Positions 14,305-27,819 of a stretch of 64,000 nucleotides of DNA are shown one piece after another. Under the pieces are notes generated by a model, which made no database searches, was not told the DNA's origin, and worked only from the letters and a program-made list of their open reading frames with translations. Position 1 is the stretch's first letter. Every line of letters starts with the position of its first letter. This DNA comes from Octopus vulgaris (Eukaryota): the NCBI GenBank assembly GCA_951406725.2, contig OX597821.1, forward strand, positions 54,684,001 through 54,748,000, given 5' to 3'. The position numbers and the translations under genes were made by a program.

Positions 14305-14461
14305 TGTTATGTCACATGTTCGGATGACCTCTACTCAACTCTGCTCTGTTCTAGTCTACTACTCTACAGCTACTCAACTGTTCCCTTGATGTCTAGACTT
14401 CTCCCTCTATATCTACGTACTGGGCTAGCCTACTTCATTGTCTGGGGGCATCGACACAACA
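14305..14461. mobile_element. 157-bp solo-LTR-like insertion inside the mariner ORF
   Basis: TGTTATGTC...GACACAACA termini with near-duplicated 5-bp flanks (catac/tatac); removing it restores the mariner frame AMGCMQCFKSHGCFKSGR. Confidence 0.7.
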
Positions 14462-16051
14462 TATACAACCCATTGCCCTGTTGTTGTAAGTTTGCTGAAG
14501 TATGCTCAATGTTTCTGTATCAGACTTCCTAAGTTCAATGCAAAATTTCACGTTGGCTTTTTGTTCCAACTGCCTATCCATGACAAAAATCACAGGCTAC
14601 AGCATACACGTGATCACAAAAACACAAATTTCACAACTTGCAAAGTAAACACAGCTATATCATTTGGCACACTGCCTCATGAAAGTCACTGCTAGCTTTC
14701 ACTGGTACATGCAACCATGTGCTTTCATCTGTTGGCAAAGCTTCTGAATCATGTGAGACTGAAGATTTGTAACTGGAAATTTCCTCTCAAAGTGCAGGTT
14801 AATATGGAAAACCATCAGTTATGTATGAAATTCTCACTTCTTTATGCCATTGATGTTATTTTAAGAGAGGAAAAGTTTGATAATTTGATATCACTATTGT
14901 TACAGTCGACAAGAATAGATTCTAAAAAGCATCCTGTCTAACGATGTAAAAATTGCACCAAACCATTGAATTAGTATTCTATTGATGTTTGCATCCATAA
15001 TTCATATCATTATGAATGATATTGATGTAATCCTCACATGCAAACTTCCACCAATTGGATCTGGTCCAATTTAACCCTCTATAACAGAAAACAAGAAAAT
15101 AACCTGTAATACTATGGAAGTCAGATGGTCAGAGAACATGAATAACTCAAAGACTGGGAAAAAATGAAGTCAGAACCTCCAGATCTCATACTCTGATCCT
15201 ACATTCACTAGGACACTTCTTTAGATTACTAGATCTTTTACCTTTTATCTTTTATTTGTTTTAGTTATTAGACTGTGGCCATGCTGGGGCACCATCTTGA
15301 AGAATTTTCAGTAGAATGAATCAACCCCAGAATTTTTTTAAAGTTTGTCAAACTGCCAAGTTATGGGGACATAAACACACCAACACTAGTTACCAAGCAG
15401 TGATGGGGGACAGACATAGACATGAAGATACACACACACATGCATGCATGTGCACACACATGCTCACATGCTCACACACACACACACATACACACACACA
15501 CACAGAGGCACGCACACATATACACACACATATTTATATACAACAGGCTTCTTTTGAGCTTTTGTCTACCAAATCCATTTACAAGGCTTTGGTCAGCCCG
15601 AGTTTGTAGTAGAAGATACTTGCCCAAGGGGCCACACAATGGACAGAACCCAGAACAATGTGGTTGGGAAGCAAGTTTCTAACCACACAACTATTTCTGA
15701 GCCTATTAATTATTTTTTAATCTTAAAACAATCCTTGTAAATAGCTCAGTTAGAGGTAAACAGACAATATTTATGATTCTTTTGCAGGAATTTTAAGACA
15801 GCTGAGAGGGGAGAGAGAACAGAAGAGAACCTCATTCTACTAATATGCTCCATTTTTATGATTTTTATACCTGGATACTTATGTTAAAGCCAACAATCTT
15901 ACAGAGTGTACAGAACAAATTTTATTGCAATACTACCACTTGAAAAGATATTATGTCCTGATGTGATTAAAGCTTTCTCTTTACCCAAAATTATATCTGC
16001 TTGACAGCTAAATAACTTTACAAAATTTGCTGAATGCATTTTACCATGGTA

Positions 16052-19042
16052 CTGTAGCAAGTCGTTAAAAGTGGTAATATGACATAATGGTCATGTTGCC
16101 CGAACAAGTATAATTGTTAGTTTCCCATTGATTAAAATTACTGCTCATATTTTGTCATTCGAAAATTTGTTTTCATGAACTTCTTCTGACGGACTAGCAA
16201 TGAGAATATCGTTTATATAAGCAACTACAAAAGGTAAATCTGTTGTTACTTTGCCCATGATCCTCTGGAAAGTATTTGCTGCATTCCTCAATCCGAAAGG
16301 CATACGAAGGAATTCATACAACCCAAATGGAGTTGTAATTGCTGTTTTCGGTATATTCTTCTCTTCAGCAGGAATTTGATTGTATGCTCTAACAAAATTT
16401 ACTTTGAAAAGATATTACAGCCGCTCAACAAAGCTGCAAAATCATAAATGTGGAGGATTGAATATTTATCTACTTGTGTTTTCACATTAAGCTGTCTAAA
16501 ATCCCCACATCGACGCCACTCTGTGAGACTTTTTTTTACCAAAACTAAAGGTGTTGACCAGTTACTGCAAGAAGGATGAATTATTCCGAGGTCTAACATG
16601 TGACGAAATTCAGCCTTAGCAGTCTTTAATTTCTCTGGAGATAATCTTCAAGGTTTGGAAAAACTTGGTGGTCCATGGGTTACAATGTGATGAGTGATTG
16701 AGTGAACACATTTGGTATTTAGAGCTAATGGTTTTGTAATTTCAGGGTAATTCTTCAAAATCCTGCGATAAAAATTGTCCAAGGATGCCATAAAGTATAA
16801 TGGACTAATTGTCGTGTTCCTGCATCTCATGCCTTGAATGTTCAATGAAGTAACTGTGACTATTGATTTTTGTTTCTTTACACCTACCAGTAAATTGTAA
16901 TGTGAAAGAAAATCTGCTCCCAATATCAGATAAGGCAAATCTGCTACAATGAAACCCATTTATATTCTCTTCTTAAATGTAAATCTAGAGTTAAACTAAT
17001 TTCTTCAAATGTTTGGATATCAGACTGATTAACTACTTGTAGTGTCAAATAAGCAGGCTCAAGTTTCTCTTTCAAAAGTTTAGCAGGCCAAATGGAACAA
17101 GCTGCTCCTGTATCAACTAAGAATCATTGTTTGGAGTTTGAGTCAAATATGAAGAATACGCAACATTTTATGAAGTTGTCCACAGATTTCATTGCATCTA
17201 ATCTGTGGTTGAGAAGTTTCCTGAACTTTATTTTTGTTCAGAAAATCAAATGAGCATGGTTTAAAACAACGATAAGATTTGTCACCAAATTTTGAATGGT
17301 ACCAGCATATAATGTTTCTCTTGGGACTTTTTGATCGTCTATGCCATCTTGCATTATTTCTATTATGAGAACGCTTATCTCTTCCAGGTTGAAGACTTTC
17401 AATTTTGTCTGTTAATAATTTAAATTGTTTTTCATAAGTTTCTTTCATCTGTAATTCTGTAATTCTGAAGAAATGGATGACAAGGCATTTACAGACTCTT
17501 TAGATGATAATTCCAAAATACCAGCTGTCAAATCTGCTAATTGTTTCAGAGAGTTTTGCTCTTTCATCACTGAAAATAGAGTTTGAGCTCTATGAGGCAA
17601 CTTACCAAAGAAAACTTCCTTAAGATAAGACTCCTCTATCTGTTGATTTCTGAGAATTTCTTTCATTCTACGAAGAAGTTGAGTAGGTTTTCTGTTACCT
17701 AGTTGTTCATTATTGAACAGCTTAGCAAATTCTTTTTGCTGGGAGTTGGAAGTCGTCTTTAGTATCTCTTCCTTTATGGTAGAATACACAAATGATTTGG
17801 TAGGATCTATTAATAAGTCTCTAATTTCATTGCTCAGAGGTGGTGATTTTTGTGCCTCTGTTGTTATTCTGTTTGCTGCAAATCTTGCTTCTAATTGAGC
17901 AAACCAGATAATGCTATCTCCCATCCAAGCAGGAGGCAAAACTGTCGTAGAAGCTTGCATAAATCCGCTATCGAATTAAGACATTTCAAACTCTTTAATA
18001 TTTTCTTCCATTCAAATATATTAAAATTATCACGAAGAAAATTTTTCACTTAGTGAAATAATGCTTTCAAAAGCTATGAAGTATAAATTTAGCTTGCTAG
18101 AAAAGTGCAGTTAAACTTCTTATAACTATTATTGTTTATTTCTTTAGTGTTCTTTTTACTTTCAACCTTTAATATCAAATATTTCCGTTAATAAAATTTT
18201 GTGTAATGAAACTGTCATCTATTTTCTATTCAAAATTTTATATATTTTACACGAGGTCAGCACTTTTATAACATGGTGTAGTTACCTATTTGATCACCAC
18301 CTTTATAATAGTGTTTTATCTTATTAATATGGTTTCGATTTGGAATAGATAATAAATATATCTTATTTCTTGAGTAAGAATCTATATTGATAAACCCGTC
18401 ACTTATAACTTAATTATAAGTATTATCACTATACATAAATTCTAACTCAAGCTACATAAACACCGTAGTGAAAAATATATGTCAAGACACTAAGACGGAC
18501 ATGTTGAACATGCATGTATGTTGAAGATAAATAAGTTCATGTTCATTTTCACGGCTACAAAAACAGTTTCATAGTTGCAGAAATAATTTCCTTAACAGGT
18601 TGGAAAAAGTGAAGAAATAGAAAATATTTACTACATTAGTTTATTTATGTACATTTAATATTTACAGTACATTTAGAAGTAAAGCAATTTGTTGTAGAGA
18701 GTTATGACAAAATTTATACTAGCTAGAGTTTACACAACAATTCAAATAAGTCTTGTTGGATTTAAGTTATAGACATGACATAAAAATAGCCAATATCTCA
18801 AAGGAGTGAGTGTCATGGAGATGAGTGACAACCAACAGACACTGAATAATACACCAAAAATCAGGGTTTTTATAACTGCTTGTACCTGAATTCTAAGAAT
18901 TGTATTTCATGAAAGATTTCTCAGACGAAAATTTAGAATTCAAATATGGGTAGTAATTTTAACCAATGGGAAACTAATAATAAAACTTGTTCGGACAACA
19001 TGACCATTATGTAATAGTACTACCTTTTACAACTTGCTACGG
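16052..19042. mobile_element. TA-flanked DNA transposon (Tc1/mariner/pogo-type) with about 100-bp TIRs enclosing a Gypsy fragment
   Basis: TA|CTGTAGCAAGTCGTTAAAAG...cataatggtcatgttgcccgaacaag (16052-16153) is the reverse complement, with mismatches, of 18941-19042 ...CTTGCTACGG|TA. Confidence 0.8.
16165..18559 (-). mobile_element. 3'-truncated Ty3/Gypsy LTR retrotransposon: putative 5' LTR (about 18267-18559), gag, protease and RT up to YxDD
   Basis: gag IWFAQLEARF (ORF 17445-17960) and CWYHSKFGDKSYRCFKPC knuckle; protease FLVDTGAACS (about 17095-17125) and ILGADFL; RT WSTPLVLVKK, WRRCGDFRQLN, YEFLRMPFGLRNAANTFQR, YIND; LTR begins TGTAGCC, followed by PBS-like gtgctgacctcgtg. Confidence 0.9.
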
Positions 19043-19206
19043 TACTATCACTAGAGAGGTTGCCTTGTTCACAGCTCTACATAGTTCCCATGCTTTTAGA
19101 AATAAATGTAACCAGGAATGTGAGTAGGAGGAAAGTAATGTCATGTTATATGCAAAAAAAGTGTGATTGTGTGTGTGTGTGTGTGTGTGTGTACATACAT
19201 ATACAT

Positions 19207-19237
<31 letters not shown>

Positions 19238-19299
19238 GTATGTATATAGTGTGTGTGTGTGTGTATGTATATATATATGTATGTATATATATGTATATG

Positions 19300-19342
<43 letters not shown>

Positions 19343-19361
19343 ATATATATATATATGTATG

Positions 19362-19450
<89 letters not shown>

Positions 19451-19550
19451 AGGGTGATAAATGGAATATTAATATAATTAACATTAATTTAAAACCAGTA
19501 GCCTAGCATATAGAAAAATCTGAAAATTCAGAAAAATTGTATTACATGCG

Positions 19551-19766
19551 TATAAGAAGGGATGACCACTAAGTGGACATCCAATATGCTAGAAATAGAT
19601 CACCTACGATCTAACCACAAAGAAAATAATGTTCTCTAGAAAAGTTCAGCAAACACCAGAACATAAGCTGAATTTTTCTAGAGAACATTCTCTTCTTTGC
19701 GGTTAGATCGTAGGTGATCTATTTCTAGCATATCTTATGTCCACATAGTGGTCATCCCTTCTTATA
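19551..19766. repeat. Foldback palindrome with about 100-bp arms and a 16-nt loop
   Basis: tataagaagggatgaccac...gttcagc (19551-19650) pairs with gctgaa...gtggtcatcccttcttata (19667-19766) with a limited number of mismatches. Confidence 0.9.
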
Positions 19767-19808
<42 letters not shown>

Positions 19809-21107
19809 GCAGAAGCAACAGAGTGATGCAAAGGCTGAGAGTTTCATGCATTGGTATTTAAATTATGAGTATATATATCCTTTCATCATCTGACACAAGA
19901 TCTTCTTCTCCAGTGACCCCCTCCTCTATAGCAAAACACTTGCTTCTGCCTCTCTATCACACTGACTTTTCATTATCTGACACAAGATCCCCTCCTCCAA
20001 TGCCTCCTCTCCTCTCAAAACTCCTTGTCTTGCTGATGCCATGTAAAAACCACTCAGTCCACCCTGCAGAGTGGTTGATGTTAAGTAGGACATCCAGCCT
20101 TAAATATCCTACCAAAATAGTCACAGTAGCCTGGGGTAGACTTCTACCTGGCTGGCTCCTGTTAAACCATCCAGCCCATGCCTGTACGGAAGGCGGACTT
20201 TAAATGTTGATGATGATATATATATATATAAATGTTGATGATGATATATATACATATATGTAGAGAGAGTGAGAGAGAGAGAGAGATACACATACATAAT
20301 CACATACATGCACACATACATGCATATACATATCTGCATGATCAACTGTATACATAACTCCGCCCCCTTACATACTCACTAGTGTGATACCATGGATATA
20401 AAAGTGCGTAAATTATGATGTTTTCAATCAAGTCTCATTAATTAATCACTCACCTCTTCTTTGAACTTTGAATGAAAATTTATTTCTAATTTCTTCATTC
20501 CCAAAACTCCACATCTCTTGTTCTTTTCACTCCCTAATCACAATCAGCAACACCATCATCATCATCATGCTTATTATAAATCAATAACCATTTAATCCTT
20601 GTCGTCTTATTAATTTTCTATTAGCTGTTATCTCTTTAATCTTGACTCATGTAAATTAGCAACTAGAGCCTTTTAATTACCCTCTTGTGTTTTTATCTTT
20701 TCTTCTAAACTTGTTTTCTCCACTAGCTATGTTTTGAGCTCCAAGTAAATCATATTTATCTCCTGTTACAGTTCTTTCTCCTGTTCTCTCCTTTGTCAAA
20801 TTATACTATCATACTTTCTCATCTTAACATTATTATAAAACTTCCAGTTCTAATCAACGCAATTTAGATAATGAAATAGCTTTCTTGACATTATAACTGA
20901 AGGCATTTCTAATTGGTTGTTAAAAGGAACCACAATCTTAGAATTGTAATATCAAGTGTTTTAACATGAAATAACATGATCTTCACACTGTAAACCTTAG
21001 AATTTGATGCAACATAATTATTTCTTCTTTTTTATTGTTTTGCTACCAGAAAGTTCACTCACTCTCTCTCTCTCTCTTGTTACATATATATATATATCTC
21101 TATATGT

Positions 21108-21138
<31 letters not shown>

Positions 21139-21195
21139 CGTTTAAATTGGCTAAACTGGCAACATGACCATTAAATACGTTTAAATATAACAATA

Positions 21196-21297
<102 letters not shown>

Positions 21298-21300
21298 ATA

Positions 21301-21466
<166 letters not shown>

Positions 21467-22440
21467 TGCAGGAGTGGCTGTGTGGTAAGTAGCTAGCTTA
21501 CCATCCACAAGGTTCCGGTTTCAGTCCCACCATGTGACACCTTGGGAAAGCGTCTTCTACTATAGCCTTAGGCCAACCAAAGCCTTGTGAGTGGATTTGG
21601 TAGATGGAAACTGAAAGAAGCCCATCGTATTTATGTATATGTATACATGTCATTGTTCAGTTTTATTTCAAAATTATTTATCTATCATTAGTACCAAGTG
21701 ACAGACTGGACTGAAATGACCAGGTTTTATATCAGAGTGTCTTTCTCTCCTGGGCAAGACTGTATCTAGGAGTAAGGCTCTGGTCCCAGAGTTCAAGAGT
21801 TTTGAAAAATGTGCAACCATCTCTAATCCATTATTGCACGTATGTAGAAACTGAACGGTCATAGTTGGAGTATCTTTAGCGTTAATTTGGAGTTAAGCAA
21901 CAACAACAATTAAAATTCTATGTGGTCACACAACTTTCTAAAAATAGCAGACAAATCTTCCTCAAAGCCATACTCTATCATCTCAAAACCACACCCTGGT
22001 GATTCAAGCCATGCCCTACTACCACAAGCCATACCCTATCAATTTAAGCTACATGCTATTCCCACAAACCACGCCTATCACTTTAAACCACACCCTACCA
22101 TCTAAAGAAGATGCATTTGATAATATCCTTCACAGTACACTACATTATGTCTGAAGGAAAAACAACTTGGAAGGTCCTGGCTAGTATATCTTTTACCATA
22201 GATTAATCTGTTATGGGCTCATCTGAGATTAAACAGCAACAAAAGTTTTGTATCAATTGTTGAGTTTTTTCCTCCCTCTTTCTTCTCTACTTGATCCAGT
22301 GAAACATCCAGTGAAACACATTTTTGGGCAGTTGATACAACTATTTGTTCCTCTCCTGCACAGATAACTCAGATACACTAGATATAAATTTCTTTCATAA
22401 ACAAACATCTTCAAAACACCCTAGACAAACAAGTTAGGTT

Positions 22441-23591
22441 TGAGAGTGGGTTGAAAGGTGCATTGGCTGACTATGAAGAAAGGATGCAAGGGCTGTGACA
22501 TTTTGTAAGCATTAATTTCAACACCTCTTATTAATAACGGTTTTGTTTCTTTTCAGGTAAACTGACATCTGTCTGTTCAAAGAAAAATTCCATAGTAACT
22601 AGTAGTGACTGCTCTTGAACATGGACAAAATTTGGGATCACAGTGCTATTAAGTATGGGCAGAAAATTGGATCAGATTTAAAGAGCATTCATGCTGACAT
22701 GGTTGCTAGATTAGTGGGTGACACGTTAACTTTATCAACAGTGCAAAAAAAAGGGCAGCTGAATTTAGGAGAGGAAGGAAGAGTCTTGAAGATGACCCAA
22801 AGTCTTAATGTCCTGCAACTCCACCACTGAGAAAAACATTGATCAAGTTCACCATAAGGTCACGAAAGACAGCCCTCTAGGCTGATTACATCAACACAAA
22901 ATCTGACATTGTTTGAGGCAGATTCAGTTGCTTTCTTTGAACATTTTAAAACTCAGGATGAGTATTGGGTTCATTACTTTGAGCCATAGACAAGGAAACA
23001 ATACATGCAGTGGAAACACCTCTCCTCAACTGCTCCAAAGAAGACCAATGTCATGTTTTTTGCAGGCAAACTGATGACTTCAGTTTTAAGGGATGCAAAA
23101 GGTATTGTGTTTATTGACTATCTTCAAAAGGGCCACATTACCAATGGAGAGCACTATGCCAACTTGCTGAAATAGTTAGAAAAGGCTATTGAGACCAAAC
23201 GCCTAGGGAAACTGACAAAAAAATGTCTTGTTTCATCAGGACAATTCTTCAGCACACAAACCCTTGCTTTAAATGGCTGCTGTACATGACCGTGACTTTG
23301 AACTGGTTGATCACACTCTCTGTTCACCTATTTTGGTCCCATCTGACTATCATCTGTTCCTCAATATGGAAAAACACTTGGCTAGGAATCAGTGCCACAG
23401 TGATGATGATGATGTCATATTTGCTGTTGCTTCCAGCTACTTTTAGGGCCTTTGAACAGTCAGATGTCAGTTTACCTTGAAAGAAACAATGTAGTTATGA
23501 ATAAGAAGAAGTAAAATTAATGCATGAAAGATTTCACAGGTCTTGAATCATTTCTTCATAGTCAGCCTGTCAACTTTTCAGCTCACCCTTG
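22441..23591 (+). mobile_element. Degenerate mariner element with TIRs
   Basis: TIRs gagagtgggttgaaag..ggctgactatgaagaa and ttcttcatagtcagcc..ttttcagctcacccttg|TA; transposase motifs DEYWVHYFEP, KGIVFIDYLQKG, FHQDN and PSDYHLF; stops and frameshifts. Confidence 0.85.
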
Positions 23592-26500
23592 TATTTCCCT
23601 CTACCTCAATATCTTCACAATAAACTCATCTCATTTCACACTAATCCTTAATGTATCTTAATCTATAAAGCCAATACTAAATATTGCATCCCAAACCTTA
23701 TTCTCAGGATTGTCACTTCCTGGAATTCTCTCTTTTAACCCACACTTTCTACAAAATACGGAATCTAAACAATAAATACATTGTTTGAGATATACATCAG
23801 TTTGGGAGAGCTTGGAAAAGTTATAGACATTATAATTTCATTTATGACCATATTAATGAAAAGATTTTTAATATAAAATAAGTTTATATAAGGAGATTTT
23901 TGATTTCTAATTAACAATTACTTGCTTTCGAAACTATTTTCTTCATATGTAAAATTTTAATATGAAAATATAATTAAATGTATTAATACCTATAAAACAC
24001 AAGATTTTTTCCAAATTGTTATTTTACAGAGAATTAAACCCTACTTCCTTTGATGTATATATTTGCAATAAATTTATTTAATACAAGGAACTGCTTCAAT
24101 TAAGTTAATACCCAAACTCCATGTATTAAGTACATTTTTATTAACTGAGACTAATTTTGTCAAAATACTTTCAACTATTTGTAACACACACACATACACA
24201 CACAAACTGTTGCACGGTCAAGCAAATCCATCGAAATCGATTTTCTATGGTTAGTTCCCAAGCGAGGTAATATTCCTCCTTCGTATTTCTTCCTTCAAAA
24301 TTTGTTTTATTGAAGTATTACCACATGAAATATTCTTCAGCATACTTGTAAAAAGAACTATAGATTATGAGTAAAATTAAAATTAAGACAAGAGACTTAG
24401 TTTAAGATGTTGGTATTTTTCAATATCAAATGTCTTAAACAATGCTTAATGGTCCGTTCTATTGCAGTAGAGTACAGTTTAAGTGAATGGAGCATGAACT
24501 GACCTAACCAAACCTGAGCAGAAACCTTTCATGTTTTATTTCTTTAAATTATATCTTGTTTTAAATATTTTATGTTCTTCCAAACACCAGCCACTTTATA
24601 GAGGGTACTGGGTGCACTTTTCATGGCACCAGTACTAGGAAAGTTGCATTGCTATCAACAGGATGAAAGAGCTCTCACCCAAACCCTGTATCATCATTGC
24701 TCAATTTGATTTACTGATCAGTTGCAACGTACAGTGTGGTCTTTTGTTGCACCAGCACAGAGGAACACACGTTGTGAGCTACGAGGTGAAAGAGAGTCAC
24801 TATAATGGATGGGACAGATTTATTGTTGTGAGAGGATTATAATAGAGAGAGCAATGTTTGGGAGAGTAGTAGAGATGAGAGAGAAGGAAAGGAAGAGAGC
24901 TGTGCTAGGGATTAGTGTGAAGTAATGGGAGGACAAATTTGTAATGGTGATGGGTGCTCAGTTTGTTCTCCCACTTTGCATGGGTTGAGGAAGTAATTAG
25001 GGTCTTAACCAGTTCTTATTATTGAAAGAGGACGATACAGGAGAGCCTAACAGAAACAATGTGAGAGAAGAGAGTAATACGAAGGGAAGAGATAAACACT
25101 GTCATCTCAGGGTGTGTGTGTGTGAGAGAAAGAGAGAGATAGAAAGAGAGGGAGTCAGAGTGATAAGATAGAAATCTTTACTACCCACAAGGGGCTAAAC
25201 ACAGAGAGGACAAACAAGGACAGACAAACGGATTACATCGATTATATCGACTCCAGTGCGTAACTGGTACTTATTTAATTGACCCCAAAAGGATGAAAGG
25301 CAAAGTCGACCTCGGTGGAATTTGAACTCAGAACGTAGCGGCAGACGAAATACTGCTAAGCATTTGGCCCAGTGTGCTAACGATTCTGCCAGCTCGCTGC
25401 CTTACAGAGTGATAAGATAGTGGGAAAGGTTCAGAAGAGATGCAGAGTTTGTGATTATAGTATATTGTATTGTACAAATTCAGAACAATCACTATTCTTT
25501 CATTGTAGATTGATTAACAAAGAATGTTTCATAATGTCTCACACTTTAAACTAGACAATGTATAAGGAATTCAAAATCCTTTCTTCATCTCCTTTTCCAG
25601 TTTCCTTCAATATTCACCTTCATAACCAATCATCACGTGTTAAATCTTTCATGCAAACCGCAAAAATGTTTTGCTGAAGATTTTACTCCACTTCAGACTT
25701 TAGCATCCTTATTTTGAACTCAGTTCTCTTTTCACTCTGATCTTCATCCAACAGATTAAACATTGCTTCTTGTGATCTTGTTGAAGTAGCATTGACATTT
25801 TCTGACATTTAACAATTCTTTGTAAACCATACTGATCTTTCTTCTTATTCTTGCTGCTCATTTTCTATTCTTAATTCCATGCAGAAATATATGCCAGAGG
25901 TGTACTGAATTAAATATTCATCATTCACCTTAATTGGAAGGAAATTTATAGCCTCAGTACAGAAGACAAGGCAGAGATAATTAAAAATAAAGAATTATTG
26001 TTAAGTTTTGATAAAGAATCAGTAAAGAAATATCAGAACAAAATAAAGAACTATTTTGGAAGTGAATGAAAAGTAATTTCAGAAAAAATGCAAGTATAGT
26101 GCCAGTGTGGTTGCTAAATTAAGCAATGGATGAAGGAAGTTCAGGGAACAGTGAACTTTCATCAATCATTATCAACATTTTAACGTCCACATTTTTATGC
26201 TTGCATGGGTAGATAAAGTTTATTCATGCAAATTTTCTATGGCTGGATGCTTTTCCCACCACAAACCCTCACCCCTTTGTTGTAAATGACAGACTCTCTA
26301 AAGTACAGTGAAGCATGCCTAAGGGGTGTATTGTTGCATAGTATGGACAGCCAAGACATCAGAAGAAATCTGGAGCAGATTAACTGACAAGATTAAATTT
26401 TAACTAATTAAAGTTTCTTTGCTTATTTGGTTTCCATGCTGAGAGTAACTAGGGTATTTTCCCTGTAGGCATTTTGCTTAGGTACGGTAAGATGATAAGA

Positions 26501-26927
26501 ATATATTTCCATATATAATAGTACTTACATTGAAATATAGTTTGAAATTACTCAGATAGAAAAGTTAATGATGGAGTTAATAAGTGAGAGAGGGTGGGGA
26601 CAGAGATGGAGAAATAGATAGTAAAGGTAGTGATATATTAAACAGAGCGATGTATTAAGTCTGTTATCCAGCAGCAAGTTTTGTTGATTAAATTTCACTC
26701 ATGAGGCTTTGGTCAACTCTGAGATTATGATAGAAGACCATACAATGGAATCAAAACATTTGACATAACCTGCTGCAAATAGCAGCCAAATAGGCTGTTT
26801 TAAAAAAGGAAACAATGATAAATTATTGATGCACAATTTGAAGAACAAATCGGAGTAAATGTTCACTGCTGGAATCTTCTTGATCATAAGTTTACTCAGT
26901 CAGTGCTGACATAGAGCTAAACAAATA

Positions 26928-27450
26928 CCGTAAATCCTCGAGTATAGTCCACCCTTGAGTATAATATGCTGGGGATTTTAAGGGGGCTGTACTTGTGAAA
27001 AACCTAAACATTGTGTGTAATACGTACCCCTTCTCTAACTTGAGTCGTGCGTAATTAAGCCAGCAGCACCTAGTCAAACAAACACTTCTGCGCATGCGTA
27101 ATACAATAATGGTGATGTTCTTAACTGTTATATGGGAATGTAAATATGTTTGCAAATTGTTTTTGTTACATGTTATTCTGTATTCTGAATACTTTTATTT
27201 TAATAAATGTTGCCTACTGCAAGTTATGGATGATTCTTTTATGACTTCATTGCTTTCAGGCTTAGCTTAAGGTATTTTCGTGCCCGACATCACAAAATGC
27301 ATCTGAATAAACATTGCTGGACAGCAAATAGAGACTCGGACATTGCTTAGAAAATATTTTTCATTTTTAACCTCGTATATAGTACGCACTAGGGATTTTG
27401 ACCATTAAATTTTCTGGGGAAAAATGCAGATTATACTCAAAGATTTACGG
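26928..27450. mobile_element. pogo/Tc2-like MITE with TA TSD
   Basis: TA|CCGTAAATCCTCGAGTATAGTC...GATTATACTCAAAGATTTACGG|TA. Confidence 0.85.
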
Positions 27451-27819
27451 TATACAACTAAATGTTTATATTGTTTACTTCCTTGATATTATTGCTTTGT
27501 TATTTGGAAGAATAATTTATTTAAATTTCAGCCATATGTGAATATCAAATTTCATGTAAGTACTTCTGCTAACACTTCTAATAGACCATAACAAAGAAGC
27601 AACTGTTTCACACATATGAAGTTATTTTAAGGTAATCCAAGAACATTAAGATTGTGGATTTTACTATAAAGTTAGTTACTGGAGGATCCAAAAAATAATA
27701 ATCAGAAATTATGGTAAAGTGTCTCTTTGGGGAAGATCTCTTATCTCAATTTGACTCAGACTTACTTGGCCCATTGACAATGGGAAGTAAGTTGTGCCCT
27801 CTAGGGTAATGTAATGTTC

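Larger units (their letters stand above)
13490..14740 (-). mobile_element. Degenerate mariner transposon carrying two nested insertions
   Basis: Minus strand reads LEQKANVKFCIELRKS (N-terminus, about 14520-14570), WLLHDDN, PYSPDLAPADFYIFP (about 13960-14005) and CITVQGNYFEDD (about 13787-13822). Confidence 0.85.

Noticed and set aside
25500-25810. Minus-strand coding-like stretch MSENVNATSTRSQEAMFNLLDED
   Set aside because: Interrupted by stops with no diagnostic motif; cannot be assigned
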